From contig OX597815.1 in assembly GCA_951406725.2 (NCBI GenBank), positions 211,296,001 through 211,360,000 on the forward strand: a stretch of 64,000 bases of DNA. The letters run 5' to 3'. Position numbers and translations under genes: made by a program. The notes under the pieces were generated by a model, which did not search any database, was not told where the DNA came from, and saw only the letters and a program-made list of their open reading frames with translations. Within the stretch, counting starts at the first letter, position 1; each line of letters begins with the position of its first letter. Below, in pieces: positions 27,130 through 40,869 of the stretch. This stretch comes from Octopus vulgaris (taxonomy: Eukaryota).

Positions 27130-27520
27130 TACAAGGTGCGATGGATAAGTTGTAAATTTCAGATTTTTAATTTTGTGCATGTGCCTTGTTTTTGATTTTG
27201 TCACCTACACAGTATAGTAGGGTCAGTTGGGTACTGTCTGTGAGAAAAACAGCACCATGACGCAATTCATTCTGCCAGAAATTTGCAAACAACATACTGT
27301 ACTGGTTAGCATTTGCACTGGAAGCTTCAATACGAACAGATGGTGAACACAAAGAACAAGTGTTGGCTTGCTGTGTCTCCAAAACATGTACTGAGAGAGA
27401 TAAACATCACACATCCAGTCAACATCATGGTGTTTGGAGTGATCACTAGTGATGGCAATGTTATGCTTCCATTCATCTTCCCACACAGCCTCAGACTCCA
27501 CACAGAGGCCTGCATCAAAA
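27130..27520 (+). mobile_element. Decayed Tc1/mariner-superfamily (maT/DD37D-like) transposon fragment
   Basis: TA-CAAGGTG end; HPVNIMVFGVITSDGNVMLPFIFPHSLRL resembles the region between the first and second catalytic D. Confidence 0.55.
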
Positions 27521-27870
27521 TAAGTACCAGTCAAGTACCTAGTGTCAATGTAATTGACTTTCCTCCCCTCAAAAACTGCTGGCCCTGTGCTAAAATTTGA
27601 AACTGTTATTGTAGTTTTTGGTGAACGTATGACTAAATACATTGAATGAGGTGTGGACAGAAATGAAAAGTAAAAGTAACGATATGCTGGAGGTATGTTC
27701 CACATTATAGTGTTAATTTGACAGCATCCAATGTTTAAGAGACAACTTCCCCACTGAAAAAAATATATCAGTTTATGTAAGTCTTTATTTTTTCCACAAA
27801 AGGATTTGAACTCATCATTGCAAACTAATGGAATACTGCCTCTCTATCTAAAGCTAGAAAGACAGTGTTA

Positions 27871-28251
27871 TCTATATCTATAAAGCTGAAGTTGTCTGTG
27901 TGTGGCAGGTTTGGTAGCCTTCAACTAACACTATCTCCTGCGGTGCAAGTTGACCAAAATTGAGAGTATGATAGAAGAAGGCTTGCTCTTCATTCCGTAG
28001 AAGATAAAATTCAAATCGGACCATGTTAAGACCAAAAATTTCTTTACATCAAAAAGGTGCTTTTTTTCTATGAAAATCCCTATTTTTTACGATTTTTTGA
28101 CTGCTGTGTCGCCATTTTTCAGTGTATTTCAACCAGAAAAATGTTCAATTAAAGAAAATAACAAGCTACATAATGCATTATTTTTACTTTTCAAAAATTC
28201 CAATTCTAAAGGGTCAAAACAAACCCAAGCAACGTCAGGCGATACTGCTAG
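27871..28251 (+). mobile_element. Non-autonomous Helitron, family 2 (second copy)
   Basis: A|TC...CTAG|T; matches 25067-25460. Confidence 0.82.
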
Positions 28252-28711
28252 TTTATAACAAAAGCGATATCTTCAAGTTGTAGCTATTAACAATATGGTA
28301 TGTGGTGATTGATTTTACAAAAGGTATATTGCAGAAGCTAAATGATTTCTTAGTGAGTTAAGTTGCTTCAGTATAAAGAATTACCTTGCTTCCTAAATCT
28401 CTGTAGTATTCTTGGTCAACCACCTGCCTTATTTTTAATCTAGCTATGGTTTATACACTGCTTTGGAAAACACATTACGCCCAGTAAAAAATTTGCATAT
28501 AATCTATGCATATGCAATTTATATATATATTTAAATATGTGTCTACATGTGTATATGTACAGGCCTATTTGCTTCATTCTTAGCAATGTCACTAAAACAT
28601 AAAGTTATTTTCTATTTTCTTATTTTTTCATAATTGAATATTTTAAACTGTTTGTAGCTCAAACTCAAAATTTTTTCTTCTGGTTTCTTCAACTTTCATA
28701 TGCTTTCACTT

Positions 28712-28768
<57 letters not shown>

Positions 28769-29339
28769 CCTACAAAAGAAAAAGGGAAACATTAGGATCT
28801 AGCAATAAATCTTTTTAATGTTACTAGGGCTGAGCAAATAAAAAAGTATTACTGAAAAATCTGTCCAAGGTAAAATGAATTATTCTTCTTTATAAATGGT
28901 AATTTATTCTATGTAAATCCACTAGAACATTTTCATATAAAGCAATATATTTTAGACTCTTCACATCTTCATTCCTTTTAGGACAGAGCTGTATAAATTT
29001 TAGTCAATAAAATATACACACATATTCTTAATCTAATCATGTGAAGGTTTTGTAGGTGAGGCATATTGTCAATGGAACCAAGTCAGGTACATTACTAGTA
29101 CTTAATATACAAATACAATAAAGGCTAAAATGTTAAAATTGATTTGGGAAGGGATCAACCTGAAAGCATAAAGGAAACACAACTAAATATGGTAAAGCAT
29201 ATATTGTAAAACATTTGGTGAAAAGCTATGTAAATTATGCTGGTTCACTGTCATTACACATCTATACATAATAATGGTCTCTGAAGTTGATTCTTTGTCA
29301 CTTGCTAGGAAACATGTTGTTTCTATGAATAGTTATATA

Positions 29340-29560
29340 TTTGTTTACTACCCACAAGGGGCTAAACACAGAGGGGACAAACAAGGACAGATTAAGTCGA
29401 TTACATAGACCCCAGTGCGAAACTGGTACTTTATTTATCGACCCAGAAAGAATGAAAGGCAAAGTCGACCTCGGTGGAATTTGAACTCGGAACGTAACGA
29501 CAGACGAAATACGGCTACGAATTTCGCCCGGCGTGCTAACGTTTCTATCAGCTCGCCGCC
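29340..29560 (-). mobile_element. SINE family C, young full-length copy
   Basis: GGCGGCGAGCTGATAGAAACGTTAGCACGCCGGGCG head, B-box GAGTTCAAATTC, core GGTCGACTTTGCCTTTCATTCTTTCTGGGTCGATAAATAAAGTACCAG. Confidence 0.82.
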
Positions 29561-32296
29561 TGTGAATAGTTATAGTGTAGTTGCAGCTTAGTAAAACTAG
29601 AATAATTGGTATCAGAGTAATATTGCCTGTATACATGTGATTCTTTGCATCTCAGCTTACTACCTGACGATGCAACCTAGGATTGGTCTAATTGATTCTA
29701 GTTTATATTTATTCATTGATCTTTATCAATAGCTGAAACAATCATAATGGATATGAAATACCAACACTTTGTTTCGTGCCATAAGGCTTCATTTCCACAC
29801 ATCCCAGCTGAATTCAATTCGTCCCCAGTCGAAAGACACCTGTTGTTATGTCCTGTTATTATTGTTATTATTATTATATTTATTTTTTCATTGTATTTTG
29901 TATTTATATTTGTGTAACATCGTCTGTTTTTCCGTCCTTGTTTTCATATACATTCGATGCTTTCTTCCAAGGAATCTAATGTGCTTAGCTTAGTTTTTCC
30001 TTGGGGCTGGCCAGATTGGAGCAATCTGAAGATTAATCAGCCGAAATTGCAAGGATGATCGGGTTCTTGACTGAGGATAGAAAGCTTTGAATGACCTGTC
30101 CTTGTTTTTTTGTATCGTTTATTTTGATGTTTTGTTGTCCCTTTTTGTAATTACCTAGTTGTCCGGATGTTTTGCATTCTTGTCCCATTTTGTATCTTAT
30201 ATATACATACACACACACACACATATATATAAATGTAAAGAAACAAATATTTGTTCTTTTATTAGCAACATCTAAAATGTGCATTGTACAATACAAATAT
30301 GAAGACCAGGCATTGTGAGTGTTTATTGAGCAAAAACACCTAAGCTCCACGAGGCTCCGGGGGGGGGGGGGGGTTTAAACCCCGCTGTACTCTTTCACCA
30401 CAACTTTCTCTCACTCTTTCTTCCTACTTCTGCCACAAAGCAGAGGAACCATGGTGTGTAACCCACTATGGTGTCGTAAACTTTCAGACCTTAGTCTAGA
30501 TTGCGAATCCTCTGTACCCCAGAATGATTCAGCTCTCCACCCATAAAAAGCCACCGTTTACGGAATGAGGATAACAGTGTAGCTTTCGTACCCATGCAAC
30601 CGCCTGTCTATCGCATGTGGTGGGTGGATCTTCAAGTTGCCACACGCATTCTTAGTAGCTTAGAGTAAGTTCGAATTAGAGATTATTCTTTGTGGCTAAT
30701 GGCATGAGTCCTGATTGGAGGAAGAGGAGGAGGAGAAGAAGAAGAAGACAACAGTCGCCTCACACTGTTTCCAACGATTGGAAAATGTGTGTGTATGTAT
30801 TTTCTTATACAAGAATGATGTTGACAGTAACTTCTAAAGATTATGTTAAAAAGCCCCTATCACATATTACTTATATGTAAATCTCAATGCCAAATATTTC
30901 AACATATCTCTTATGATTTCTGCCTGATTAAATATTGTTAAGGTATAAAGGGAATAAGGCATTTCAAATAAGGTTGAAGTTATTATTCTAGTTATATATG
31001 CAATATAATTTTGAATAAGCAATTCATTGAAAAAGAAGCTATGAAAGATCTGGAATAATTCCTTTTGTAATGGGTTACTGCTATTTTACTCCTATTTCTA
31101 ACACAACCCAATCTAGTGTTGTCACCAGCTGCTTATGATATTTATGCAATTTACGAAAATCTCATCAGAAGTACACACACACACACATATACATACATAC
31201 ATACATACAAGACACACAAATTCCTAATTTTTTTTGTTTTGTTTTTGTTTTTTTGTCTTTTATTTGGTTATTTTCTTCATTCAATTTATCTATCACTCGA
31301 AGAACCGCACTGATTCTGCCAGCTTTCTTCTCCATTACACTCTGGGATAGTCTTTAACAAAATATTCCTTGGCCAACTAAATCACACACTTTGTGCCAAA
31401 AGGAATGGAAAAAAAAGTAAATAAAATTAAAAAAATAAAACAGGTAACAAGGAAAGAAATTCTATTATTTCACCAAATGAAAATGATACAATTCTTTCAT
31501 CTCATTTGGACAGCATTCAAAGACTTTAGAGATTTTCTCCCCATTACATTCACAAGAATGAACAAAAATAAATGGAAATATGACATGTGAGTTACCAATA
31601 AGAAATAAATTTACTAAAACTATAGTCAAGATTGTATTGTTTCTTTATTACATCTTTATCCATCTATATTTCTTTCTATCAACCTAATTTCATATCATTC
31701 TATCTATTTATCTGTCAGCTAACTCACACACACACACACACATACACACATACATACATATGCCTCAAATAACTGTGCGACCCAGGCAAGTAAAGAAAAT
31801 GGATGTTGATGATGATGATGATTATGACACAAACATACAGACACATACATATGTACATACATAGATGTATGTATGTATGTATGTATCAGTCAATTTAGCT
31901 AACTCAATATCCAGCTATAAATCTATCTATCTACCTATTTTTTTTATCTACCCTTTTATAAATGCACTTACCTATTATTTATCCAGTAAGCAATTTTCAT
32001 ACAATTAGGCATTACACACAGGTACATACACACTCCATACATAAACACACACATGAGAATATATATATATATATATAGATGACAGTAGTGAATGTACTGG
32101 CCACATCGGACACACGGAGAAGAGCACCCTCGGAGGAACCGTGTGGGCTGAAACGACTGGCAGGTGGACGTGCTACCACAACGTGAACAGTGATGCCCGA
32201 TGACACCTGCCTCTAGGCTCCCACACTGACCCATGTGACTCACTCTGCCCTATCTTCACCCATCCAGTTTCACACCTGAGAATATATATGATAATA

Positions 32297-32345
<49 letters not shown>

Positions 32346-32405
32346 CAGGACAAATACATATGTTCACTCTCACATACATCACATGCATTCTCATATATAT
32401 ATATC

Positions 32406-32447
<42 letters not shown>

Positions 32448-33097
32448 GATATATGACCGTCCAATAATACTATATTTCTTCCATGTCCTCGCGTTGCTGT
32501 GTTTTTTTGTGCTTTCATGTTTGGATTAACTTTATATATATATATATATATATATGAGAATGTGTGTGATGTATGTGAGTGTGTGAGAGTGAACATATGT
32601 ATTTGTCCTCCTGTTATATACTCTCTCCATGTGGTTTTATGACAAACGAATAACAAACCTCATATTTCTTCAGTGACTCACTAATGTTAGTCTCATTAGT
32701 ACTGAACAACACCAAAATATAGTTGTACATTCAAACAACCAATTAGATCCACTGTTTTCTCTCTTTCCCACCCCCTTAACACCTACCGTATCAATAACAT
32801 TATAATATCACTATGAATCCGTTGATACATTCCACTATATTTCTTTTGAAATCTACAAATAAAAGAGGCCCCTAATAAAAAAAGGAGAAAAAAAGAGAAA
32901 GAAACACTGCTTTGTCACATTTTGGGAGCGTTTCCATGAAATCTTCCTTTAGATGTCCCAGATGCTTTTGTTTATTTTTTTTTTTTTGTGGTTTCTTGAT
33001 TTTACTGAATGATCACCTGTCTGTTAGTGTCAGTGTAATTTAATAGAATAGATAAAAATAACTATTAAAAATTTGTTTAATTAATGTTCAACATATA

Positions 33098-33778
33098 GGT
33101 GCAGGATTGGCTGTGTGGTAAGTAGCTTACTTACCAACCATATGATTCCGGGTTCAGTCCCACTGTGTGGTGCTTTGGGCAAGTGTCTTCTACTATAGCC
33201 TCGAGCTGACCAAAACCTTGTGAGTGGATTTGGTAGAAGCTCGTCGTATATATGTGTGTATGACCCCAACATCACTTGACAACCAGTGCTGGTGTGTTTA
33301 CATTCCTGTAACTTAGCAGTTTGGCAAATGAGGCCTATAGAATAAGTACTAGGTTTATAAAGAATATGTCCTGGGATCGATTTGCTTGACTAAAGGTGGT
33401 GCCTATGATGCATAAAAAGCACCATTCGAGTGTGACCGTTACCTGTGTCACCTTACTGGCACTTGTGCTGGTGGCACGTGTAAAAACATCCGAGCGAGGT
33501 TGTTGCCAGTGCTGCTGGACTGGCTCCTGTGCAGGTGACACATAAAAAGCACCATTTGAGAGTGGCTGCTGCCAGTAGTGCCTGAGTGGCCCTCATGCCG
33601 GTGGCACGTAAAAGCACCCACTACACTCTTGGAGTGGTTGGCTTTAGGAAGGGCATCCAGCTGTAGAAACACTGCCAGATCAGATTGGAGTCTGGTGCAG
33701 CCATCTGGTTCACCAGACCTCAGTCAAATCGTCCAACCCATGCTAGCATGGAAAGTGGACGTTAAACGATGATGATGA
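33098..33778 (+). mobile_element. SINE A joined to family D
   Basis: Family A body to GACTAAAGGTGGTG (~33400), then family D units and tail. Confidence 0.75.
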
Positions 33779-34159
33779 CATACATAGACATACATACAGA
33801 CCTATACAAATATATGTGTCTGTGTGTGTATTCTGCTACTGAAGCTGAAAAAACTTCAACTGTTAATCAATGTTTTACTTGACTGTACATCAGACAGTTC
33901 TGATAATACAAAATAATGAAATTTTATAGATTTTGAGTACATAAAATATTTTGCTGATACCAGTTCAACAAATAAGCAATTAAATCCGATTGGGTAAACT
34001 AATTTGAAAACTAACAGTACATCTATGGCTGCAAGTGGGGATTCACGACAACAGAGAAATAAATATAAACAATAATTGAATAAAAAAAGAAACTTAGTGA
34101 GAAACTAGTAAAAAAATAATGAATATAATAGACTATATATGTATAAATATTCTTTAAAT

Positions 34160-34359
34160 TTGTTTCAGTCATTTGACTGCCGCCATGCTGGAGCACCACC
34201 ATTAGTCAAGCAAATCAACCCCAGGACTTATTTTCAGTTTTCATCTACCAAATCCACTCAGCCTGAAGCTATAGTAGAAGATATGCAGTGGGACTGAACC
34301 CGAAACCATGTGGGTGGTAAGTAAGCTACTTATCACACAGCCACTCCTGCACCTATATA

Positions 34360-34399
<40 letters not shown>

Positions 34400-34552
34400 G
34401 ACAGGCTTCTTTCACTTTCCATCTACCTAATCCCAAATCCACTTACAATGCTTTGGTCAGCCCGAGGCTATAGTAGGAGGTGCTACACAGTGGGACTGAA
34501 CCCAGAACCATCTGGTTGGAAAGCAAGCTTCTTCCCACACAACCATGCCTGC
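34160..34552 (-). mobile_element. Two deleted SINE A copies in tandem
   Basis: Two reverse-strand heads ending at ~34352 and ~34552. Confidence 0.7.
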
Positions 34553-35327
34553 ACTGATTGACAGACAGATAGATGTGGGAGGAGTGGGGATGTGTGGTGG
34601 AAAGGTGTATCATAGTAGGTGGGCGGGTATGTAGGCAAATCGGTAAAACACACTCTTACACAAACATGTCTCCTTTCCAACGATGCCATACAATGTTGAA
34701 TAGAAGTGTAGTGTGCATTTTATATTTTGTTTATTTATTTTATTCATTTATTTATTTTGCTCTCGTAAATAAACTTGACGGGGAAAGAGCAGTATTTTCA
34801 ATATTTTCATGCCTCAAGTAGATGTTACTTTATAACTGAAGTTCACAATTTATTCGAAGATTTTCTAAATTCAAATATTTCCCATATTAGCTGTTCATGT
34901 TGTTCTTTTTCTTACAAGACCTGCCATCTGGTGCGGTAAGAACATAGGAACAGAGCCAAAACGTTGTTGATGAATTGTGACAGTCATCTCCAAAGAGAAT
35001 TAATCGATGTAAAATTTGGAAGTGACCCATACTTCCAGTACATTCAATATGCTATACTTCAAGAACACTCAGTCGTTCAATGTTTGGTTTATGTAGAGGA
35101 TAGTGTCAATACATGTTATATAGAAGCTGCTTGTTATTATTCACTATGTTTCTAAGTGAAGAGAGATTTTGTAGGTGATTGCTGTTCAGTCAGATAAAGT
35201 GGTTGTTTTATTTAGGATTGAAAATTCAATACAGCAATATGAACCTATCGACATAAGGAAATCATTTCAAATGAAGATTTACTTAAACAGAGTAAGAAAT
35301 GTAAATGATGGAAGCATATTATAACAG

Positions 35328-35672
35328 AGCGCAGGCATGACTGTGTGGTAAGAAGCTTGCTTCCCAACCACATGATTCTGGGTTCAGTCCCACTGCGTGG
35401 CACCTTAGGCAATTGTCTTACACTTTAGCCTCAATCTGGTCAAAACCTTGTGAGTGGATTTTGTACATGGAAACTGAAGAGAAGCCTGTCATGTACATAT
35501 CTATATGTGTGTGTGTGTGTGTGTGTGTGTTTGTGTGTACATGTGTTTGTGTGCGTCTTTGTGTCTGTGTTTGTCACCCACCACTGCTTGACAACTGGTG
35601 TTTGTGTGTTTATGTCCCCATAACTTAGCAGTTCAGCAAAAAGAGACCAATTGAATAAGTACCAGGCTTAAA
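35328..35672 (+). mobile_element. SINE family A
   Basis: Head and body match the family consensus. Confidence 0.8.
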
Positions 35673-35704
35673 ATAAAATTAGTAATTTCATTCAATTAAG
35701 ATTC

Positions 35705-36510
35705 AACTGGTGCTTATTTCATTGACCCTGAATGGATGATAGGTAAAGTCGACCCTGGTGGAATTGGAACTCAGAACACAGAGATGGACAATAAACCACT
35801 AAACATTTTGCCTGGCATGTTTAATGATTCTGCCAGGTCACTGCCTTAATATTAATGGTCTCAAATTTTGGCACAAGGCCAGCAATTTCAGGGGAAGGAG
35901 TAAGTTGATTACATAAACCCCAGTGCTCAACTGGTACTTATTTTATCGACCCCCAAAAGGATAAAAGGCAAAGTTGACCTCAGCAGAATTTGAACTCAGA
36001 ACATTAAATTGGGAGCTAAACTCTGGTGTGCTAATGATTATGTCAGCTCACCACCTTAATAAAAATAATAATAGTAATAATAATCATCCTTTTTCCTACT
36101 ATAAGCAGAAAGCCTGAAATTTGGAGGGAAGGGTATATTCGATTACATCGACCCCAGTGTTTCACTGGTACTTTGCTTTTCATCCATTTGGGGCCAATAA
36201 ATAAAGTTGACCATGGCAGAATTTGGACTCCAAATGTAGCTACGAGTGAAATACTACTAAGCCTTTCATCCAGCATGCTAACAATTCCACCAGCTCACCA
36301 CCTTAATAATAATGGTTTCAAATTTTGACACAAGGCCAGCAATTTCAGAGGAAGGGGCAAGTTGATTACATAAACCCCAGTGCTCAACTGGTACTTATTT
36401 TATCACCCCGAAAAGGATAAAAGGCAAAGATGACCTCAGAGGAATTTGAGCTCCTAACATTAAATTGGTGTTAAATTCTAGTGGGCTAATGATTCTGCCA
36501 ACTTGCCACC
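35705..36510 (-). mobile_element. Array of four head-to-tail SINE family C copies separated by (TAA)n
   Basis: CCCCAGTG..CTGGTACT..AAAGTTGACC..GAATTTG recurs four times at ~200 bp spacing. Confidence 0.8.
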
Positions 36511-36589
36511 TTAATAATAATGATGATAATGATGATGATGATGAGGAGAAGGAGGAGGATGATAAATTTATGCATATATGTGTGTGTGT

Positions 36590-36892
36590 GGAGGCGCAAT
36601 GGCCCAGTGGTTAGGGCAGTGGACTCGCGGTTGGAGGATCACGGTTTCGATTCTCAGACCGGGTGTTGTGTGTGTTTATTGAGCAAAAACACCTAAAAGA
36701 TCCACGAGGCTCTGGCAGGGGATGGTGGCGACCCCTGTTTTACTCTTTTGCCACAACTTTCTCTCACTCTCCCTGTTTCTTGAGTAACGCTACGATGGAC
36801 TGGCATCCCATCCAGCTTGGGGGAACACATATGCCACAGAAACCTGGAAACTGGGCCCATGAGCCTGATTAGGCTTGGAAAGGGCGACGTTT
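36590..36892 (+). mobile_element. Chimeric SINE (head B, tail B')
   Basis: Head as at 24082; tail GAGTAACGCTACGATGGACTGGCATCCCATCCAG as at 26111. Confidence 0.8.
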
Positions 36893-37194
36893 ATCATTTT
36901 TATATATATATATATGTATATATATATTATATTGTTTGCTGTATAGTTGGATGAACTTAGATGTATGTACACCTGAATATTTGTACTGAATCCTACCAGA
37001 ATACCTTCCTAGTTACATCTATTTTATACATATGAGAATTAGTATATCAATCACTGTGTTTTACACTGTTCCTGTTGTGGCCACTGCTCCTCAGAGCTGG
37101 CTGATCACATATCACCTCCATACATTCACTCCTAACCACTACAACCACAACTACCAGCAATTCACTAACCTCTAGAATTCGCTCTCAGCTCATC

Positions 37195-37590
37195 TTCTAT
37201 CTTTTACTTGTTTCAATCATTAGACTGCGACCATGCTGGAGCACCACCTTCAAGAGTTTTAGTAAAGGTTATCAACCCTAGTACTTGTTAATTTTTTGTA
37301 AAGCCTGATATTATTCTATCTACCTCTGTTGCTGAACCACTAAGTGATGGGGATGTAAATACATGAACATCAGTTGTCAAACAGTGTGGGGTGGGGTGAC
37401 AAGTACATACACAAAGACACACGCACACACGATGGGCTTCTTCAAGTTTCCGTTTATCAAACCAACTTGCAAGGCTTTGGTCAACTCGAGGCTATAGTAG
37501 AAGATGCTTACCCAAAATGTTACACCATAGGACTGAACCCAGAACCATGTGGTTGGGAAGCAAACTTTTTGCCACACAGCCAGGCCTGCA
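37195..37590 (-). mobile_element. Diverged SINE family A
   Basis: Reverse-strand match to family A. Confidence 0.72.
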
Positions 37591-37592
37591 CA

Positions 37593-37631
<39 letters not shown>

Positions 37632-38545
37632 TATTTATTTTTTTTTTTAAATTCTTCTGCAGGCAGAACTTTTAGAAGGTCATTCATAAGCCTCAAACTT
37701 ACTGGTCTTAGAAAACCCCTTTCCTCGGCATCAAATCATTAAAAAAAAGTGTATTTGAATATGCTTCTTGCTTTGTTTACAAATTCACAAAATGCACAAA
37801 ATCAAATAGAATACGAAGTAGATTATTTAAAGCAAGAAGCATTCAAACAGCTGAAGTTTAGTTTACCATCAGAATTTTAAGCAACAGCACCAGCAGACGA
37901 GATTTAATTTATCGTGTTTTATTTCTTCGTTTCTTTTATCACAGAATTTTACCAATTTAGGAATTGTAGGTGGAGTTCTTATACTGACGTAAAGTTTTTA
38001 TATGAAATTTTCCTTGCTTCATTACAACAATTCACCTTATATGAATGCATTGGTGGAAGTGACAGTGTGTATGCCATTCTGTGTGAGTGTGCATGCATAC
38101 ATATATATCTGTGTATGTGTGTGCATGCATGTGTAGTTATACACGAGTGAGTGTATGTATCTGCATATTTGAGTGGTGTGATTAATATTCCATCTTTACT
38201 ATCTTCAACCATCTTGCTTTTTTTTTTTATTCTTCGTCTGTTGCTTTATATATTTTTCAATTACATTTTTCAACTTAGTTTCTAAGTTGTTTGTGTGTTC
38301 ATTTCCATATGACAGTATGTGTGCATGCATGCATGCATGCATGCATGCATGTGTGTGAATGGGTACATATGCATGTATATATATGCCTGTATGTATGCAT
38401 GTGTATAAATAGTGTGTATGTATGTATATATATCATCATCATCATCATCGTTTAGCGTCCGCTTTCCATGCTAGCATGGGTTGGATGGGTCAACTGGGGT
38501 CTGTGAAGCTGGAAGGCTTCGTCAGGCCCAGTCAGATCTGGCAGT

Positions 38546-38587
<42 letters not shown>

Positions 38588-40837
38588 GAAATATGTTTTG
38601 AAAAAAAAATAATAAAATACACGTGGAAATGTAAGGGTAAAATATGAAAAATCAACGAAAATGCATATTGTAGATAGAAAAAGGCTATTTATGGTAGGTA
38701 GTGACAAATATATACATTTAGAGTATTACCAGTCAAAAAGGTCATTATTATTGATGATTATAAGAAGTTAATAATAATAATAATAATAAGGTAATATATA
38801 TATTGCCAGATCTGACTGGCCTGGTGCAGCCTTCGGGCTTGCCAGACCCCAGTTGAACCGTCCAACCCATGCTAGCATGGAAAGCGGACGTTAAACGATG
38901 ATGATGATGATGATGATGATATATATATATATATATATTATGCACGTGCATAAATAGTGTGTGTGTAAGTCTTTGTATATTATGCATGTGTGGGTGTGAG
39001 GTAAGAATATAGGCACAGGTGTGTGTGTGTGCTAAGAATTTTACTTCCCATACACTAATATGCACTCTCAAGGTTATCCACACACACACACACACACACA
39101 CACTCAAACACACACGCACTCACATGAAATTTCTGGTTCATCTCCACTTATATAAACTAAGCAATAAATTTGATCACTTCTTGACCTGTCAGAGCCAATG
39201 GTACTGATTGATTAGTACCAGATCATCATCATCATCATCATCATTTAACATCCGTTTTCCATGCTAGCATGGGTTGGATGGTTCAACTGGGGTCTGGGAA
39301 GCCAGAAGACTGCGCCAGGCCCAGTCTGATCTGAAAGAAATTGATATATCCCTTATCTTGATATATCAAATGAAAGAAATTGATATATCCCTTATCTTTA
39401 TTATCCATCTACTTTTCACTCCAATGAATCTGATATTCTGAACCCTACCATGTCTGACTATATTTATTGGAAATAACTCAAAATATATTTACTATAATTA
39501 GTGTAATTTGGTCCTAAGAGATGGTTAGTGGTACCTTCAGAGTTTATTGTATAGACTTACATAACTTTTTATATGCTTAAAGCAGCATGAAAATTGATGA
39601 AATGGTTCCACTAACTACTGAAATGATCATAACCATTTAATGAAGATATATAATATCATTATCCATCTTCCTTCCTTCCTTCTTTTGTCTATATTCTATT
39701 ATACTCTGTGAGGAGTGCACCAACTGCTTAAATGGTAAATTTCCTCAGATTTACAGTTTATATAGAATGCCTTGCAGATTCAAAGAATATGATTTCTAAT
39801 TCTCATCCTTATACATTTTGTTAGCCAGGATTTTGCATTAAGTGCTGATTAAGGCATCAGGCCAAATTCCCAAATTCCCTACTTTCTCTCACTACATATG
39901 TATGTATGTATGTATGTATATGTCTTAAGGCTGTATCATGCGCGGGGACATAGAAATAATCGGACTGAATACCCGATCGCGCGATTAAACCATTGGGAGT
40001 GAAGGACTCCTAGCCTTTGTTAGGACATCCTTCTAGGAGAAGGTAACTCAGGTAACTGGGATAACTGCGACATAAAACCTGCGGCTCAGTGGTTACCAAT
40101 GATGTTGACTTGTTCTTCTTTTCGGATTATGGCTGCTGTTGCTTAGTGAGTGGGATTGACTCAGTGCACAGCCTTTCCTCACTTTAAAAGAAAATTTCTT
40201 GCACAGGCATTGCACGATAACATTGATTAAGCTTCGTGCAATGGCCATACTCGATAACGAGGGGACAGCCTGTATGTATGTATGTGTGTGTGTGTGCATG
40301 AATATTGATATTAGGCAAGTCACCATTTGAACAAAATACCATTAATGTTGACATTCATCGTTAACATTATAACTGGTCAATTTGCAATTTCAAAGACCTA
40401 TAAAATATAAGAAGCTCTTTCCTGCAAAACAGGTGAGGGCTGGTGACAAGAAGAGCATCCAAATGTAAAGTCCTGCCTCAGAAATCAATTCCCTTGCAAA
40501 GTTATATAAGTATGAGAAAACAAACCTTAAACAAATAAATGAACAATATATGTATAGACGCATGTGTATATGTATCTGTGAGTATATGGAAGGATGTCGA
40601 AAAAAAAAAAGAAAAAAAAGAAGAAAAGTGCACTCAATACATTTCATTCAGTAAATATTTATTTTTATTAAGAGTTTGACCCTGAATTGCATTGCCTAAA
40701 GATTCACAGATATGAGTAAAATGCCCAGAGATATCTTACTCACTTCAGTGAAATTTAAGTAAGGTGTTTCCAAGCCAAACTTTTAATACACATACACATG
40801 TGTGTGTGTGTATGCATGCATATATATATATGTATGG

Positions 40838-40869
<32 letters not shown>

